DNA of 64,000 nucleotides, from the NCBI GenBank assembly GCA_050613775.1, contig JBODTK010000147.1:124001-188000 (forward strand), in the 5' to 3' direction. Of the stretch, positions 58,551 through 64,000 are shown piece after piece. The notes under the pieces are model-generated. The model made no database searches. It had not been told where the DNA came from and saw only the letters and a list, made by a program, of their open reading frames with translations. A program made the translations under genes and the position numbers. This DNA is from Neocallimastix sp. 'constans' (lineage: Eukaryota). The stretch's first letter is position 1. Each line of letters starts with the position of its first letter.

Positions 58551-59514
58551 TTTTTATTTGATTTTTTAATTCTTGTCTTATATTGTTTTTTTCTGTTTTT
58601 TTTTTTTATTATAATTTTTTATTATTTTATTATCTTTATAAGTTTTTTGTTTTTTTTATATAAATAAAAACTTTTTTTGATTATTTTACAACTTTGAACA
58701 ATTTGAAATTATAAACAATAAAAAAAATAAAAAATATATATATATACTTAAAGGAAAAAAACAAAAGAAAAAGAAAACTATAATACTATTAAATTGTCTT
58801 GCTTTAAAACTTTATAATTGTTTAGAGTATTTTTATTAAAATAATAAAAAAAAAAAATTTGTATTATATATTTTAAACAGGTTATTTTCTTTTAAAAAAT
58901 AAATATTTTTTTAAATTAATATTTATATAAATGTTATTTATGGATATCAATTATATTTAAATTTTATGATTTATATTAATTTTCATTATTTTTTTTTATT
59001 ATTTGTGTGTGTATATGTGTCAAAATAAAAATGATAATATTAAATTTATTAAAATGAATTTTTAATGTAAACTTTTTTTTATATGCGAATGAAACTATGA
59101 TTGAATGTTTTAAATTAAATTGTCATACTATTAGTAGGAATTATTTAACAATTTATAATTATTACAATAAAAAGGTTTTTCTTTATGAGTTACTATTTAT
59201 ATATTTCTTTCTTTTAGTATATAAAAGAAAAAAAAAAATTTTTTTTTATACACCCTTAATAATCTCAATCAAGATTATTATTATAAAAAAAAAATTCACT
59301 ATAAAAAATAAATAAAAAAGTTATCTTTTTTTTTCTATCTAAATAAAATATATAAATAAATAGATAGCATAAAATTATGTCTTTTTATTAATTTTACTAT
59401 ATTAAATATGTTATTTAATATTTTTATTTTTATTTTAAATTATTAATTTACTAATAATATATTAAATATTTAATTATAAATTAATAATAAATATATAATT
59501 TATTACTATTCTTA

Positions 59515-59690
59515 TTTATTATTTCATTATTTCATTATTATTATTTAAATACTATTATTATTATTATTTTATATATTATTTCATTATTTCATTATTATTA
59601 TTTAAATACTATTATTATTATTATTTTATATATTATTTCATTATTTCATTATTATTATTTAAATACTATTATTATTATTATTTTATTATA
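59515..59690. repeat. ~56-bp AT-rich tandem repeat, 3 copies
   Basis: ATTATTTCATTATTTCATTATTATTATTTAAATACTATTATT... occurs three times. Confidence 0.8.
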
Positions 59691-60054
59691 CAGTATTGTT
59701 ATTTATAATTTATTAATAAATACTATTATTATTCTCATTATTTATTATTTTATGATTATTTATAATTAATATATACTATTATTATTTTATTAATTATTAT
59801 TATTTTAATAATTATTATTATTTTATTATTATTTTATGATTATTTATAATTAATAAATATTATTATTATTTTAATATTATTATTTATAATTATTATCTTA
59901 TAATTATTAATTATTTATAATTATTATTTTATTAAATACTATTATTTATTATTTTTTTTTATATATTAATATTTGTAATTAGTAAAATTTAAAATTAGTA
60001 CTAGAAATAGTGGTAGCGGCAAGTCATCAATATTTATATTTATATATTTATTGT

Positions 60055-60450
60055 TAATATATTATTTATTATTTATTATTTATTATTTATTATTTATTAT
60101 TATTTATTATTTATTATTTATTATTTATTATTTATTATTTATTATTTATTATTTATTATTTATTATTTATTATTTATTATTTATTATTTATTATATATTA
60201 TTTATTATTTATTATTTATTATTTATTATTTATTATTTATTATATATTATTTATTATTTATTATTTATTATTTATTATTTATTATATATTATTTATTATT
60301 TATTATTTATTATTTATTATTTATTATTTATTATTTATTATTTATTATTTATTATTTATATATTATTTATTATTTATTATTATTTATTATTTATTATTTA
60401 TTATTTATTATTTATTATATACTATTCAATTATTTATTATTTATTATAAT
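60055..60450. repeat. (TTATTAT)n heptanucleotide satellite
   Basis: Directly visible; it generates the spurious YYLLFII ORF. Confidence 0.9.
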
Positions 60451-61816
60451 TAATTATTAGTAAAAATAAGAAAAAAAATTTCACTTCAAACGCCAATAAC
60501 AAGTGCATTATGTATTTAATATATTTATATATGAATTAATATATCATAAATTTATTAGAATATATTCTAAATCATGGAAATGCATTTATTAATATTTTTT
60601 AATATAAATATATAAATATTATAAATATAATAAATACTAAAAATATATATCAATATATTAGATACTATATAAATTTGAATAAAAAAATGTTTAAATTAAA
60701 TTAATTAAACCAAAATAGTGAAGCGAGCTAAATAATATTTTTATTTATATTATATAAATATATATAAGTATTAAAAATAGTTTATATTTAAATCTATTGA
60801 TTTTTATATAATTAAATTTATTCTATTATAAAAAAAAAAGTAATTAATTAATCTAAATTAAAATAATAAAAGTAAAACTCCATAGAAATTAAACATTAAT
60901 CTAAATTTCAAAGTCATTATAATATTAAAAATTTCATTTTATTTTTACTTAAAATAGAAATTTTAATTTATTATCTGCTATACAAAATTCATGGAAACAA
61001 ATTATGTAGTACAAATGAAACTTTAATTTATATGAAAATTGGTACATATAATTTTTTTTTTTTTTTGATTTTATTAATAAAGAATAAAGGATTAGATTTT
61101 GAAGAAGGTCTTCTTTGAAAAAAAGTAAAAAAAGCTATATAAATACTCTATATACAGTATACTTCTAAATATAATAAAATGTTTATATTTGATAAATATA
61201 ATAAAATGTTTATTAAATATAAAAATTTTATTATATTTAAAGTGAAAATTTTATATATCTTTAATTTAAATAAAAAAATATATATAAATATATTTGAAAT
61301 AACGAAACATCTACCATGGTCTTTTTTTTTTTTTATCATTATTACTGTTTAATATATATTTAAATATAAAATAATATAGAATTCTATTAATTTATTAATA
61401 CTACCGAATTATTTATATTTATTTATATATATATTATTTTATTTATCTACTTATTCATTATATTTTATTTATTTATATATTTATTTATTTATATTTTATT
61501 TATTTATTTAATATTTATATTTTATATAATAAATTGAATTCTTCGTTTTATAGTATTTAAAATGTCATTATTACTACGAATACAAATTTTTAATAACACT
61601 TATTATACAATTTTTTATTATTATTAAATTATTATAAATATAATTTTTTATTATTACTGTTAATTATTATATAAATACAATCTTATATTACTGTTATTAT
61701 TATGTAAATACAATCTTTAATACTATTATTACAATTAATATTGTGTTATAATGTAATTATTATAAATACAACTTTCTCTTTTTCTTCAATAACTATCATT
61801 AAAGTAGGAAATAAAT

Positions 61817-62005
<189 letters not shown>

Positions 62006-62656
62006 TATAGATTTTATTATAATTCAATTTATTAATGATAAAATCAAAAAATACAGTTTAATGAAAGGTAAAATTTAAATTCTATTATATACAAAAATTT
62101 TTATAATTCATTCCATATTAAAAGATATACAGAGTTATTTATTATATATTTTAGTTGTTAATAACTAAAAATGAATATTTAATTCAAAACTGATTTATTT
62201 TTTCTTTTGTTATAAAAAAAATTTTTAAAGAAATAAAAAATAAAAAGAAAAAACAAACAAACAAAGAAAAAAACAATTAGTTATACAAAAATAAAATAAA
62301 ATAAAATATGTAGTAGAAATAAAAATATGAAGTACAGATTGAAATAGTAATAAAAAAAAAATTTTAATCCATAATATAATAAAATAAGTAATAAATAAAA
62401 AAAAAAATAGTTATGAAAATAAGAAAATAAAATAAAACATTATGGTTAATATTAATATTATTATTATTATTATTTGCTATTATCAATAGTATCATTAGTA
62501 TTGTAATTATTTTTGTTATTGATTGCTTTATTAGATTTCACAATTTAATAAATATAAATTAATTATATTTTGTATAATAAATTAATTTTATTTATTTTAA
62601 ATTTTTTAATTTTATTATTTTATGAATAAAATAATAATATAAATTATATTTTTATA

Positions 62657-62690
<34 letters not shown>

Positions 62691-62759
62691 TTTTTTTTTT
62701 TTTTTTTTTTGAGAATATTAATGCTAGTTAATAATTCAAAAGGATAAACTAAATCAATT

Positions 62760-64000
62760 TTGATAAAAAGTTTATTGATATAATAATAAATTTTTAATAT
62801 CCGTATCATATTTATTTATTAAATTTTATTGATATTTTATTGTTATAGTTTTTAATATGGACATTAGTTTTACTTATTGAGAACTAAAAATTCTACAATC
62901 CTTGTTCTTCTCCCTTAAACAGAGTAATGCAGAAACATATTACTATTTGTCATATTTATCATATTAATATTAAATTTATTCAAATTTTTCATTAATAATA
63001 CCAACTCTTTATAGGAATTGAAATTTATAATTATATATAAAAGAATTTCAAAAATCATATTCTTTATTATATAATAATACTATTATTTCTATATTTCTTA
63101 ATATAATTGCATAATCAATAGATAAATAACTATTTATATCTTTTTTTTTTAAAATTATTTTTTAATGGCGTAAAATAATGGCGATTACCTTTTTTATTTG
63201 TATCGATTATATTAGTACCATTATCAATTAATATTTTAATAATAATACCTCGATTATTTTTAATAATATATATTAATGGTGAATTATCATTTTTTATCCT
63301 TAATTTTTAATTTATATATTACTACCTTCTTTTTTAATTATTTTTTTCAACAAAGTCATCGTATCTAAGTAATTTTTTCATTTTTAGTCATAAAAATTAT
63401 TAGAGTTTCTCCTTGAAAAAAATTTTTATATTTAAATCTAGGTGACGACTCTCAAACAAAATACTAAACTATTTTTCAAAAGAATTGCCTTATATAAAGT
63501 TTTTTTTTTTTTTGACCTTTATTCTTAATTTAATTATATATTTAGTTATTTCTCCATCTTTTTTTTTATCAACCTCGTAGTAATAAAATGTTGAAAAAAT
63601 ACTTAAATAGATTTAATGAACATAATTTATTAGAGAGAATTAATTAATAGAGTGTTTTCAGAACTATATCAATTATATTTAAATGTAATAATTTATTTAT
63701 AGTTCCATTATTAATTATTAAAACTATATAACTTAAATTATTATTTTCTATATAGCCCTTATTAATAATGATACGCCTTCATCATCCTTCCCATTATAAT
63801 CGTTAATTTTTTATTAATATATATATTCAAAAATTTCTGAAACCATTAGTTTTATATATGCCACAATAATTGGATAAATACCATTTTTTATTATTTGTCC
63901 TAATATCTTCAGGTGTTACTTTATAAAATTTTACCATCAATTTAAATATTTAATAACTATCATAATTTTATTAAAACTTTAAAATTTTACAAATAATAAA
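62760..64000 (-). pseudogene. Degenerate ankyrin-repeat gene, probably continuing beyond the window
   Basis: Minus-strand fragments: GKDDEGVSLLIKGYIENNNLSYIVLIINNG (~63800-63700); NDNSPLIYIIKNNRGIIIKILIDNGTNIIDTNKKGN-[1-nt deletion]-PLFYAIKK (~63295-63160); MFLHYSV*GRRTRIVEFLVLN (~62940-62875). Several stops and frameshifts. Confidence 0.7.

Overview
Extremely AT-rich, intron-rich eukaryotic DNA, full of poly(A)/poly(T) and (TAA)n tracts, with GT-AG introns. Composition and gene content suggest an anaerobic gut fungus (Neocallimastigomycota); this is an inference. Splicing by hand gives ten protein-coding genes: the 3' part of an RNI-like LRR protein, a TBC1D5-like Rab-GAP, exportin-6, a ~1756-aa Asn-rich protein, cysteinyl-tRNA synthetase, a SIKE/FGFR1OP2-like protein, the Esa1 MYST acetyltransferase, the Kex2 protease, ornithine carbamoyltransferase with an organellar presequence, and a ~1157-aa protein with an MLKL-like N-terminal helical domain plus two degenerate kinase domains. 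The window also holds a decayed LINE (APE + RT), an ankyrin-repeat pseudogene and several tandem repeats. Main findings: (1) a ~140-nt H/ACA guide RNA inside a CysRS intron whose two pockets fit U2 Psi34/35 and U6 Psi40; (2) the MLKL-like tandem pseudokinase; (3) a ~900-bp non-coding element at 50.3-51.25 kb made of long hairpins, regularly spaced 14-mers and GNA mini-hairpin motifs; (4) an exportin-6 orthologue. All family calls rest on remembered motifs; no database searches were run.
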